Source: an uncultured Acidobacteriota bacterium
GTDB taxonomy: Bacteria > Acidobacteriota > Vicinamibacteria > Vicinamibacterales > 2-12-FULL-66-21
Reading direction: 5' to 3'
Assembly (NCBI GenBank): GCA_963776315.1
Contig: CAVZMJ010000007.1
Coordinates: 69,752 to 133,751 of the forward strand
DNA length: 64,000 nucleotides
Part shown: one piece after another, positions 32,320 to 41,363 of the stretch
Numbering within the stretch: position 1 is the stretch's first letter
Layout: every line of letters starts with the position of its first letter
Made by a program: the position numbers and the translations under genes
Notes under the pieces: generated by a model
The model's database searches: none
What the model was told of the DNA's origin: nothing
What the model saw: only the letters and a program-made list of their open reading frames with translations

Positions 32320-33505
32320 ATGAATAAGGAGATCTACATCCTCGGCGGCGCCCGGACGCCGATGGCCGACTACACCGGCAAGCTCAAGGACTTCTCGGCG
32401 CTCGATCTGGGCGGTCTGGCCTCGCGCGCGGCGATGGCGCGAACGAATGTGGCGCCCGAGATGGTCGACCACGTCGTCTTTGGCAACGTCCTGCAGACGA
32501 GCTCGGACGCGGTCTACGGCGCGCGCCATGTCGGGCTGAAGGCGGGTGTGCCGATCGACGTGCCGGCGCTGACGGTCAACCGGCTCTGCGGCTCCGGCAT
32601 TCAGTCGGCCATCAGCGGTGGCCAGATGATCCTGCTCGGCGAGGCGGACGTCGTGCTGGCCGGCGGCACCGAGAACATGAGTCAGGCGCCGCACGTCATC
32701 CGCGGGCTGCGCAGCGGCCTGCGGCTCGGACAGGGTCAGCTCGAGGACTACCTCTGGACGTCGCTCCTCGATCCGTCATTGCGGCTGCACGATGGCCGGC
32801 ACGGCCGAGAACTGCGCGGCGAAATACGGCATCTCGCGCGAGGAGCAGGATCGGTATGCGCTCCGCAGCCAGCACCTCGCCGATGCCGCGTGGAAGGCGG
32901 GGCGCTTCGCCGAGGAGGTCGTCGCCGGTCGAGATCAAGAGCCGCAAGGGCGTCGAGCTGTTCGCGGCCGACGACCACATGCGGCCGGACTCGACGATCG
33001 AGGGATTGGCGAAGCTGCCCTGCGGCGTTCAGCAAGAACGGCTGCGTCACGGCTGGGAATGCGTCGGGGATAGTCGATGGCGCCGCCGCGATCCTGCTCG
33101 CCTCCGAGCGCGGCGTGAAGACGCACGGCCTGACGCCGATCGGACGCCTGACGCACTGGGCGACGGTCGGCGTCGACCCGTCGCTGATGGGGATGGGCCC
33201 GGCGCCCGGCCACGCGCAAGGTGCTCGAGAAGGCGGGTCTCACGCTGAAGGACCTCGACCTCATCGAGGTCAATGAGGCGTTTGCCGCTCAGTACCTGTC
33301 GGTCGAGAAGGAACTCGGCCTCGATCGCGACAAGGTCAACGTCAACGGCGGCGCGATCGCGCTCGGTCACCCCTCGGGCATGACCGGTACGCGACTGCTG
33401 CTGACGCTGCTCCTCGAGTTGCGCCGCCGAGGCCTCAGGCGCGGCCTGGCGACGGCGTGCATCGGCGGGGGACAGGGGATCGCGGCGGTCGTAGAGACGG
33501 TCTAG
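32320..33505 (+). pseudogene. acetyl-CoA C-acetyltransferase (thiolase II), 4 frame changes
   Basis: Motifs are MNKEIYILGGARTPM.., the active-site region NRLCGSG, and ..[26 protein letters not shown]... Pieces lie in ORFs 32320.., 32792.., 32856.. and 33221..33505. Frame switches occur near 32778, 32920, 33020 and 33205. Confidence 0.88.
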
Positions 33506-33559
33506 GCTCAGGAGGTTCAGGTTCACGAGGTTCACGACCCTTTGAACCCAAGGATGGCC

Positions 33560-34330
33560 CTACTTGAGAGTGGCCATCAGCCGGCGCGCCTTGTCCTTGA
33601 ACTCCCGATCTTCGGGGGCCCATTCCGGATCGAGCGGACCGTTCATCACGCTCTGCAGCTCGGCCCGCGCGTCCGCAGTGCGGCCCATATCGATCAGGGT
33701 TTCGGCCAGGAAGAAATGCGACGAGCTGCTGTTGGGGTTGTAGGTCAGAGATTTCCGGAGGTGTTCTTCCGACTTCCTGTTCGACCCGCCGAAGAGCCCT
33801 GGGACCTTGAAATACCAGCGCCCGAGCGCGCGGTCGGCCGAACCGTGCTGGAACGCGGGATCGATCTTCAGAACGATCAGCAGTTCGTCCTTGATGTCAC
33901 CGCGATACTTGAGGCCCTGGCGCAGACCGAACGACTCGGCCAGCGCGCCCATGTTGGCCGCGATCCAGAAATGGCCTTCGGGCCGATTGGACTCGAGCGC
34001 GGCGGCCGTGCGTCCGGCGGCGATGCCCGCTTCGAGCAGGCTTTTCCGTTCGGCGTCCGGTGCGCGCCCGCCCAGCCAGTACCGCGCGCGGGCCAGCTTC
34101 CACGCCGCTTCGAAGTCCCGCGGATTCTTCTGGAGCCGTTCGGCCCATATGGCTGCGGCCTCGCGAGCCTTCGCGAGGTCCTCTCGAGCCGCATAGAGGA
34201 CGTCGGGGTCCGGCTTGGCCGGAGCCTGCAACCGTTCCGCGCCGACGGCGTCTTTGAGAGAGGAGGCCGAGACCCGCGTCAGCCCCTTGCGGCTCCGGGC
34301 CGCCGCCAGCAGGAGATACAATACGACCAT
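33560..34330 (-). CDS. TPR-like hypothetical protein with N-terminal hydrophobic segment
   Basis: Taken from ORF 33560..34399, starting at ATG 34330 ([11 protein letters not shown]..). It has a helical-repeat character, and I recognise no specific family. Confidence 0.5.
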   Translation of the reverse strand: MVVLYLLLAAARSRKGLTRVSASSLKDAVGAERLQAPAKPDPDVLYAAREDLAKAREAAAIWAERLQKNPRDFEAAWKLARARYWLGGRAPDAERKSLLEAGIAAGRTAAALESNRPEGHFWIAANMGALAESFGLRQGLKYRGDIKDELLIVLKIDPAFQHGSADRALGRWYFKVPGLFGGSNRKSEEHLRKSLTYNPNSSSSHFFLAETLIDMGRTADARAELQSVMNGPLDPEWAPEDREFKDKARRLMATLK

Positions 34331-34932
34331 GCAGGACATCATTCGGCAGCTCCTGGCGGAACTGGGGGAGGACTCTTCACGGGAGGGGCTGCTCGACACG
34401 CCGAAGCGAGTGGAGAAGTCGCTTCGTTTCCTGACCAGCGGTTACGCCGCCGACGTCGACGCCGTCCTCAACAACGCGCTCTTCACCGTCGATTATAACG
34501 AGATGGTGATCGTCAAGGACATCGACTTCTACAGTCTCTGCGAGCATCACCTGCTGCCGTTCTTCGGCCGATGCCACGTCGCCTACATCCCGCAGGGCCG
34601 CGTCATCGGGCTGAGCAAGATCCCGCGCCTCGTCGAGATCTTCGCGCGCCGCTTGCAGGTGCAGGAACGGCTGACCAACCAGATCGCCGAGACGCTCCGC
34701 GAGAAGATCCGGCCGCTCGGGCGTCGCCGTCGTGATGGAGGCCTCGCACCTCTGCATGTCGATGCGTGGCGTCGAGAAACAGAATTCCGTCGCCGTCACG
34801 AGCGCGATGCTCGGCGTCTTCCAGCACGACGCGCGCACGCGGATGGAATTTCTCGACCTCATCAAGCGCCCCGAGACAGCCGACCGATCGCTCAAGGCGA
34901 CGCTGCCGGGGATCGCTTGTGTGAGTGATTGA
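34329..34932 (+). pseudogene. folE: GTP cyclohydrolase I (FolE type 1), one frame change near 34720
   Basis: Motifs are [28 protein letters not shown].., ..CEHHLLPF.. and ..RLQVQERLT... The sequence continues in ORF 34732..34932 as [17 protein letters not shown].. after an extra nt in ctcgggcgtc. Confidence 0.88.
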
Positions 34933-34949
34933 GGGGTAGTCTTGTCGGT

Positions 34950-35117
34950 GGTTCAGGGTTCAAGGTTCAGGGTTCAAGGTTCAGCGTTCAAGGTTCAAAG
35001 GTTGCTCCAAGCGAAGGGGTTCTGAACCTGAACCCTGAACCCTGAACCCTGAACCCTGAACCCTGAACCCTGAACCCTGAACCCTGAACCCTGAACCCTG
35101 AACCCTGAACCCTGAAC
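34950..35117. repeat. asymmetric composite heptamer palindrome (copy F) ending in (CCCTGAA)x12
   Basis: The left arm has 7 units of ggttca(g/a) (34950-34998). The centre is short (aggttgctccaagcgaagggg). The right arm is ttctgaa cctgaa followed by 12 perfect ccctgaa units (35033-35116), and it abuts the stop of the gene at 35117. Confidence 0.92.
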
Positions 35118-35911
35118 TACGAATCACGAACCGCTCGCGCGACGCATTCATGCAAGCGCGCCACGCCGTCGGTTAACGCCGCAGGCCCCGGCTGCAGGAT
35201 GTAGGTCGACTTGATCTCGTAAATGTGATCGGCGCGCACGGCGCTCACGCGATCCCAGCCGGGCCGTTCGACGATCGTCCGTTTCTTCATCGCTTTCCCG
35301 CACCACGAGGCGATGATGACCTCCGGGTCACGTGCGGCGACCTCGTCCGGCGTGACGATCCGGTTCTTCGCCAGGCTTTCTCTCCGCAACGCCGGGAATA
35401 GCGGGCTGCCGCCGGCGATCTCCACCAGCTCGTCGACCCAGCAGATGCCCGAGATGAGCGGGCTGTCCCACTCCTCGAAGAACACTCTCGGGCGCCGGCC
35501 GAGCGCTGCGGCCTTCGCGCGAACATCATCGAGGCCGCGCTCGAGTGAGTCGGCAAGCTCCGCGGCGCGATCGCCGCAACCGACGAGTGCGCCCACCATT
35601 CGGATCATCTGCAGAATCTCGCTGATGCTGCGCTGGTTGAACGTGACCACCATGTGGCCGCGTCGGATGAGCTCGGCGGCGATGTCCGCTTGGAGATCCG
35701 AAAACGCCAATATCAAATCGGGACGCAACGCTTCGATCTTGTCGAAGCGGGCGTTGATGAACGCAGACACCTTCGGCTTCTGACGCGCCTCCGGTGGCCG
35801 CACCGTGTAGCCCGAAATCCCGACGATGCGATCGCCTTCGCCGAGGAGGTACAACGTTTCGGTGGTTTCTTCGGTCAGGCACACGATGCGTGACGGGTAG
35901 GGAGTGCCCAC
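35117..35911 (-). CDS. cobalamin-binding / periplasmic-binding-protein family 2 (BtuF-like) protein without signal peptide
   Basis: ORF 35117..35911 starts with GTG. Family resemblance includes ..RIVCLTEETTETLYLLG..RIVGISGY.. and ..LRPDLILAF... Confidence 0.7.
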   Translation of the reverse strand: MGTPYPSRIVCLTEETTETLYLLGEGDRIVGISGYTVRPPEARQKPKVSAFINARFDKIEALRPDLILAFSDLQADIAAELIRRGHMVVTFNQRSISEILQMIRMVGALVGCGDRAAELADSLERGLDDVRAKAAALGRRPRVFFEEWDSPLISGICWVDELVEIAGGSPLFPALRRESLAKNRIVTPDEVAARDPEVIIASWCGKAMKKRTIVERPGWDRVSAVRADHIYEIKSTYILQPGPAALTDGVARLHECVARAVRDS

Positions 35912-36097
35912 GATGACGACAATTATTCCCTGAGTGAACCCCCGGATGTGTAGTTGTTGCTCCTCTCAACAACTGCAGAGCTCACGCGGAATCTCGAGCT
36001 CGACTGGACAAATAGCGATGAAAACGCGTGATTCTGCAGTTGCCTGTGTCTGGCAGCACTCTTGCCACAGTCGGGCCGGGACGTCTGCCTGCGAGGC

Positions 36098-36139
36098 GAG
36101 TTGGTTCCGGGAGTTGGTTCGCTGCAAGCGAGTTGGTTC
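36098..36139 (+). promoter_or_regulatory. three direct repeats of gagttggttc upstream of the 1069-aa gene (candidate operator or regulator site)
   Basis: Exact 10-mers lie at 36098-36107, 36111-36120 and 36130-36139. They sit 80-120 nt upstream of the TTG start at 36217, in a spacer of relatively low GC. Confidence 0.4.
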
Positions 36140-36216
36140 AACGTACACGTCCGTTTCGGCCAGCACTGACGTGACACGCGCTCCGTTCTAGGCGCGCGCA
36201 ACTGGGAGGTTTTGCG

Positions 36217-39200
36217 TTGCCGAAAAGGCTGATTCAGGGCGGAGCTCTATCCGCGGTGGCGTTGGTGTGCGCGTTGACTGTCAACGCGGGTCGAGTCGGT
36301 GCTCAGTCTGGCCAGTTGCCGACACCCTGGTTGAACCGCGACATAGGCGGTCCGGCGCTGACTGGCTCAGCGTCGGTGTTGGGGGACACGTTCACGGTTA
36401 CGGGTGGCGGCGTCGACATCTACAACACGAACGACGAGTTCCACTTCGTGTACCAGCCGTGGCAGGGCAACGTCGAGATCGTGGCGCGAGTCAGCTCTCT
36501 CGAGGAGCGCGATCCCTGGTCGAAGGCCGGCGTCATGATACGCGAGACGCTGACGGGCGGATCGACCCACGGGATGATGCTCGGCTCTTCGGCGAACGGC
36601 TGGCGATTCCTCCGCCGGTTTCAGACCGGTAGTGCGACGCCTCCAGGCGTGGGCCCGGGCGGCGCCTTACCCGGCTGGGTGAGGCTGGTGCGCGAAGGAA
36701 ACCAGCTCACGGGCTACCTGTCGATGGACGGCCAGACGTGGACTGTGGTCGCCACCGACACGCTTCCAATGGCGTCAACCGTGTACGTCGGTCTCGCGGT
36801 GACGAGTCACAATCCCGGCTTCACGTCGACGGCGACGTTTACCAATGTCAGGGTATCAGCGCCGAGCGGATCGGCGAACCAGCCGCCCACGGTGTCGCTG
36901 ATCAGCCCGACACTCGGTTCGACCTATACGGCACCGGCTACCATCGCGCTCGGCGCGGCGGCGGGCGACACCGATGGGGCGATTGCGAAAGTCGATTTCT
37001 ACCAGGGCACGCAGCTCGTCGCATCCGACTCGACACATCCGTACAGCGCCGATCTGACCGCCGCGGCCGCCGGCACGCTGCAATTGACGGCCGTGGCGAC
37101 CGACAGCGCGGGCACGACGGTTACCTCGTCGCCTGTCAGTGTCACGGTTAACGCAAAGAAGAATGAGGCGCCCACGGTATCGCTCACGAGCCCCTCGGCG
37201 GGTGCGACGTTCACCGCACCGGCGAGCATCACCATCGGTGCCGCCGCGAGCGACACGGACGGCGCGGTTGCGGTCGTCGATTTCTATCAGGGCTCGACGC
37301 TCATTGGATCCGACGCCACCAGTCCCTACAGCATGACCTGGGGAAGTGTGGCGGCCGGCTCGTATCAACTGACTGCGATCGCTCGGGACAACGTCGGTGC
37401 GGCGACAACGTCGGCGGCAGTCGCGGTCACGGTCAATGCAGCGGCCAATCAGCAGCCATCGGTATCGTTGTCATCACCGGCGGCTGGCGCCTCGTTCACC
37501 GCGCCGGCGAACGTGACACTCAACGCGGCCGCCAGCGATTCCGACGGAACAGTCGCAAGCGTTGAGTTCTATCGCGATTCCACACTCATTGGCTCCGACA
37601 CGACGAGTCCGTATTCGGTCGTCTGGACCGGCGCGGCGGCGGGCAGCTACTCGCTGACGGCGCGTGCCGTCGACAACGGCGGGGCGACTCGAACGTCGTC
37701 GGCCGTCGCCATCACGGTCACGGGCGCGATTAATCAGCTGCCGACCGTCTCCATGACGAGTCCGACCGCCGGACAATCGTTCTCCGCACCGGCATCGCTT
37801 ACGATCGCCGCCGCTGCCAGTGACAGCGACGGCACGATTGCCGGGGTTGACTTCTACGTCGGCGCACTGATGGTCGGAACCGACTCGACGAGTCCCTATA
37901 CGGCGGCGTGGTCCAACGTTGCCGCCGGCAGCTACTCCTTGACCGCGGTTGCGCGCGACAACGCCGGCGGCACGCGGACGTCAGCGGCGGTCGCGGTGAC
38001 AGTGACGGGAGGCGCGTCCGGGCTTCCGTCGCCCTGGGCGACGAGGGACATCGGTGCCCCCGCACTCGCCGGCACGACGTCCCTGTCGGGGACCACGTTC
38101 ACGGTGACGGGCGGCGGCGTGGATATCTTCTACACGAAGGACGAATTCCAGTTCGCCTACCAGCCCTGGCAGGGCGACGTCGAGATCGTGGCGCGCATCG
38201 ACTCTCTGCAGCAGCGCGATCCCTGGTCGAAGGCGGGGGTCATGATTCGCGAAACGCTCACAGGGGGATCCAGGCACGGGATGATGCTCGGATCGTCGGC
38301 AAACGCCTGGCGGTTTCTGCGCCGCCTACAGACAGACGGAGCGACGGCTTCGGTAGGCCCGGTCGGTGTTGTCCCCGGCTGGGTCAAGTTGGTGCGCGTC
38401 GGGAACCTGGTGACTGGCTATCAGTCAGCCGATGGCGTCAGCTGGACCGTGATCGGTACCGACACGATCACGATGGCATCGGCCGTCTACGTCGGCCTCG
38501 CCGTCACAAGTCACAATCCGGGCGCCACGTCAGCCGGCACGTTTACGAACGTCACGGTCTCAGTACCGACCGGCACATCGAATCAGCCCCCGACAGTGTC
38601 GCTCACGACGCCTGCCGCGGGTGCGAGCTTCACCGCGCCGGCAACGATCTCGGTGACCGCGGCGGCCAGTGACACGGACGGCACCGTATCGCGCGTCGAC
38701 TTCTATCAGGGCTCGACGCTCATCGGGTCCGACACGACCAGTCCGTACTCGGTGGCCTGGACTGGCGCGCCGGCGGGCAGCTACTCGCTGACGGCGCGCG
38801 CCGTCGACGATGACGGAGCGACGGGCGCCTCGACGGCCGTCGCCATCACAGTCACCGCAGCCTCCAATCAGTTGCCGACCGTCTCGATCACGAGCCCGAT
38901 CGCGGGACAATCGTTCACTGCGCCGGCGTCGCTGACGATCACCGCCGCGGCAAGCGACGCCGATGGCACGATCGCGAGGGTCGATTTCTACGCCGGGACG
39001 CAGCTCATCGCGGGGGTTTCGACGAGCCCCTATACCGCGCCGTGGACCAACGTTGCGGTCGGCAGTTACTCGCTGACGGCCGTCGCGCGCGACAACGCCG
39101 GCGGAACGCGGACGTCAGGTGCCGTGCCCATCACTGTCTCGGCAACCGCCCCGGGTCCGACGACGCTCATCTTCGGCGCCTCCTCCGATCACGCTACCAA

Positions 39201-39426
39201 CGTCACGTCTTATATCGTGGCGCTCTATCGCGCCGTCGATCCTGTGACGGCCAGCCCTGTCGCGACGCGCGACATCGGCAAGCCGACCCCCGTCAACGGA
39301 GACATCTCGGTCGACATCTCCACGCTCGTCAACCCACTGCCGGCCGGTTCGTACTACGCCGTCGTCCGAGCATCAGGACCGGGAGGGACGGCCGCCAGCG
39401 CGCCGTCGGCAGTGTTCACCAAATAG
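36217..39426 (+). CDS. large secreted repeat protein: two concanavalin/LamG-like jelly-roll domains, six Ig-like ~95-aa repeats and a C-terminal FN3-like domain
   Basis: ORF 36217..39426 is intact, with a gggagg ribosome-binding site and a signal peptide. The lectin-like domains (~36310-36860 and ~38010-38575) share ..WQG(N/D)VEIVAR..DPWSKAGVMIRETLTGGS.HGMMLGSSAN.WRFLRR... The Ig-like repeats share ..N(Q)xPTVS(L/I)TSP.AG.SFTAPA...AAASD.DG....VDFY.G..L.G.D.TSPY...W.....GSYSLTA.A.DN.G... Confidence 0.75.
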   Translation: MPKRLIQGGALSAVALVCALTVNAGRVGAQSGQLPTPWLNRDIGGPALTGSASVLGDTFTVTGGGVDIYNTNDEFHFVYQPWQGNVEIVARVSSLEERDPWSKAGVMIRETLTGGSTHGMMLGSSANGWRFLRRFQTGSATPPGVGPGGALPGWVRLVREGNQLTGYLSMDGQTWTVVATDTLPMASTVYVGLAVTSHNPGFTSTATFTNVRVSAPSGSANQPPTVSLISPTLGSTYTAPATIALGAAAGDTDGAIAKVDFYQGTQLVASDSTHPYSADLTAAAAGTLQLTAVATDSAGTTVTSSPVSVTVNAKKNEAPTVSLTSPSAGATFTAPASITIGAAASDTDGAVAVVDFYQGSTLIGSDATSPYSMTWGSVAAGSYQLTAIARDNVGAATTSAAVAVTVNAAANQQPSVSLSSPAAGASFTAPANVTLNAAASDSDGTVASVEFYRDSTLIGSDTTSPYSVVWTGAAAGSYSLTARAVDNGGATRTSSAVAITVTGAINQLPTVSMTSPTAGQSFSAPASLTIAAAASDSDGTIAGVDFYVGALMVGTDSTSPYTAAWSNVAAGSYSLTAVARDNAGGTRTSAAVAVTVTGGASGLPSPWATRDIGAPALAGTTSLSGTTFTVTGGGVDIFYTKDEFQFAYQPWQGDVEIVARIDSLQQRDPWSKAGVMIRETLTGGSRHGMMLGSSANAWRFLRRLQTDGATASVGPVGVVPGWVKLVRVGNLVTGYQSADGVSWTVIGTDTITMASAVYVGLAVTSHNPGATSAGTFTNVTVSVPTGTSNQPPTVSLTTPAAGASFTAPATISVTAAASDTDGTVSRVDFYQGSTLIGSDTTSPYSVAWTGAPAGSYSLTARAVDDDGATGASTAVAITVTAASNQLPTVSITSPIAGQSFTAPASLTITAAASDADGTIARVDFYAGTQLIAGVSTSPYTAPWTNVAVGSYSLTAVARDNAGGTRTSGAVPITVSATAPGPTTLIFGASSDHATNVTSYIVALYRAVDPVTASPVATRDIGKPTPVNGDISVDISTLVNPLPAGSYYAVVRASGPGGTAASAPSAVFTK

Positions 39427-39427
39427 A

Positions 39428-39538
39428 CAGGCTCAGGACTCAGGGCTCAAGGCTCAGGGCTCAGGGCTCACGCAAGATCTTCGAGCATGTGGTCGAACGG
39501 TTTTGCTTGAGCCCTGAGCCTTGAGCCCTGAGCCTGCC
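39428..39538. repeat. composite heptamer palindrome with conserved core (copy B, best exemplar)
   Basis: The left arm is caggctc aggactc agggctc aaggctc agggctc agggctc. The core is cgcaagatcttcgagcatgtggtcgaacggttttgc (39471-39506). The right arm is ttgagcc ctgagcc ttgagcc ctgagcc. Confidence 0.9.
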
Positions 39539-39551
39539 TTATACTGCGACG

Positions 39552-40208
39552 ATGTGCCGCATCGGATCCGTCATCGTCGCTCTGTGCATCGCTGTTGCCG
39601 TTCCGCTGCACGCGCAGCGGAGCCGAACGACAGGAAAGAAACCGGTGCCGGCACCCAAGCCGGTGCCGAAGACGGAGCCGGCGGCGGTCACGTGTCCCGA
39701 GCAGCTGGGGACGGGGCTCAGGACCAAGCTGCAGTTCTGCTTCGTGCTCGCGGGTCGGGATCCGGCCGAGGGCGTGCTCGTGGCGATTCCGCCGCACACG
39801 CAGGCGACGCTGACCTTCGATCTGCACAACAGGCACACCTACTCTGAAGAAGAGATCCGGGCGGGCCGCGGTTTCGCGAAGTACACCGCTGTCATCGGCG
39901 TGCTGTCGATGACCGGCGACCTCCTCGGTCGCGGTGCGGTGCAGACGGAATTCCGGGCGGTCAAGGATCTGTTCGATCGCATCACCGGCGGCGCCGGCCC
40001 GGGTGGGACCAAGGCGGTCGCGCCGCTCGGCCGCGAGCAGGTCAGCATCACCATCCCGGCAGGTGTCGATCAGGTGAGCCTGCTCGGCGAAGTCCTGGAA
40101 GCGACCACGGCCGCCGGCCGCGAGGTGGCCACGCCGGGACGGCCCGTCGCGATCGTCAGCAACGTGCAGGTCACTTACCTGCCCGCACCGCCGCCACGGA
40201 AGAAGTAG
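39552..40208 (+). CDS. secreted hypothetical protein
   Basis: ORF 39552..40208 has a signal peptide (MCRIGSVIVALCIAVAVPLHAQ) and a Pro/Lys-rich linker. I recognise no motif. Confidence 0.55.
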   Translation: MCRIGSVIVALCIAVAVPLHAQRSRTTGKKPVPAPKPVPKTEPAAVTCPEQLGTGLRTKLQFCFVLAGRDPAEGVLVAIPPHTQATLTFDLHNRHTYSEEEIRAGRGFAKYTAVIGVLSMTGDLLGRGAVQTEFRAVKDLFDRITGGAGPGGTKAVAPLGREQVSITIPAGVDQVSLLGEVLEATTAAGREVATPGRPVAIVSNVQVTYLPAPPPRKK

Positions 40209-40217
40209 GTGATTCTA

Positions 40218-40330
40218 GAGGTTCAGGGTTCAGGGTTCAGCGTTCAGAGTTCAACGTTCAGCGTTCTTGTGAACCCTGAACCGTGAACCTTGAACCCTGA
40301 ACCGTGAACCCTGAACCCTGAACCCGTTCA
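40218..40330. repeat. core-less heptamer hairpin (ggttcag-type arms)
   Basis: About 7 units of (g/c)gttca(g/a/c), a ttgt loop, then about 9 units of gaacc(c/g/t)t. Confidence 0.85.
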
Positions 40331-40345
40331 AGCTATGATCGCCTG

Positions 40346-41360
40346 ATGGTACTTCGTGACGTCATCGTCGTTGGTGCGGGTCCGGCGGGGCTGGCCACCG
40401 CAATCGCCGCTTCCAAGAGCAAGTTGTCCTGTCAGGTCATCGAAAAGGGCGCGCTCGTCAATTCGCTCCTGCACTATCCGACTGAGATGGTGTTCTTCAC
40501 GACCCCCGAGCTGATGGAAATCGGGGGCATGCCGTTTGTCAGTCCCTACGACAAGCCGACGCGCCTCGAGGCGCTTCGCTATTACCGGCGCGTGTCCGAC
40601 GCCTTCAAGCTGGACATCGTATTCGACGAGGCTGTTGTCGCGGTGAGCCGCGACGCATGTCGCCCGACGGGTCGCCCGACGGCGCCGGGTCGTTCGTCGT
40701 CGACACGCATTCGACACGCGGCGTGCGCCGGTCGCTTCACGGACGAACGGTCGTCGTCGCCACTGGCGCGTACGACATTCCCAATCGCATCGGCGTCCCG
40801 GGCGAGGATCTGCCGCACGTCTCGCACTACTACACGCAGCCGCACCGTTCTTCCGGAAGAAGGTGGTGATCGTCGGCGGGAAGAACTCCTCGGCCGAGGC
40901 CGCGCTCGACCTCTATCGAGCCGGCGCGCAGGTCACGATCGTGCACCGCGGCGCCGGCGATGGGAGATTCCATCAAGTACTGGGTCAAGCCCGACATCGA
41001 CAACCGCATCAAGGAAGGCTCGATCCGTGCGCGCTTCAACACGCACGTCGTCGAGATCCGCCCGACGAGCGTGGTCGTCGAGCGCGAAGGCGTGACCGAC
41101 GAGATCGACGGCCGACGCGGTGTTCCTGCTGACCGGCTACGGCGCGGACACGACGCTGCTGCGGAACGCCGGAATCGAGATCGATCCCGTGACGTGCGGC
41201 CCGGTCTTCGACGCCGAGACGTTCGAGACCAACGTGCCGGGAATCTACGCCGTGGGGCGCGATGGTGGCGGGCGTCCAGAGCGGCCGGATCTTCATCGAG
41301 AACGGCCGCTTCCACGGCGAGAAGGTGATTGAGGCGATCGCGGCAAGACTGCGGAGATAA
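40346..41360 (+). pseudogene. YpdA-family FAD/NAD(P)-dependent disulfide reductase-like protein, 5 frame changes
   Basis: Motifs are MVLRDVIVVGAGPAGLATAIAA.. and ..VNSLLHYPTEMVFFTTPELMEIGGMPF..KPTRLEALRYYRRV... Pieces lie in ORFs 40346.., 40657.., 40863.., 40960.. and 41120.., with a last frame from 41262 to TAA 41358-41360. Confidence 0.75.
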
Positions 41361-41363
41361 GCT

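Noticed and set aside
34950-35117. The heptamer arrays considered as a CRISPR array or as telomere-like repeats (cctaaag and ccctgaa resemble TTTAGGG-type units).
   Set aside because: The units are 7 nt with no spacers, and no cas genes are present. The arrays are internal, short and flanked by genes on a clearly bacterial chromosome segment. The telomere resemblance is treated as coincidental.
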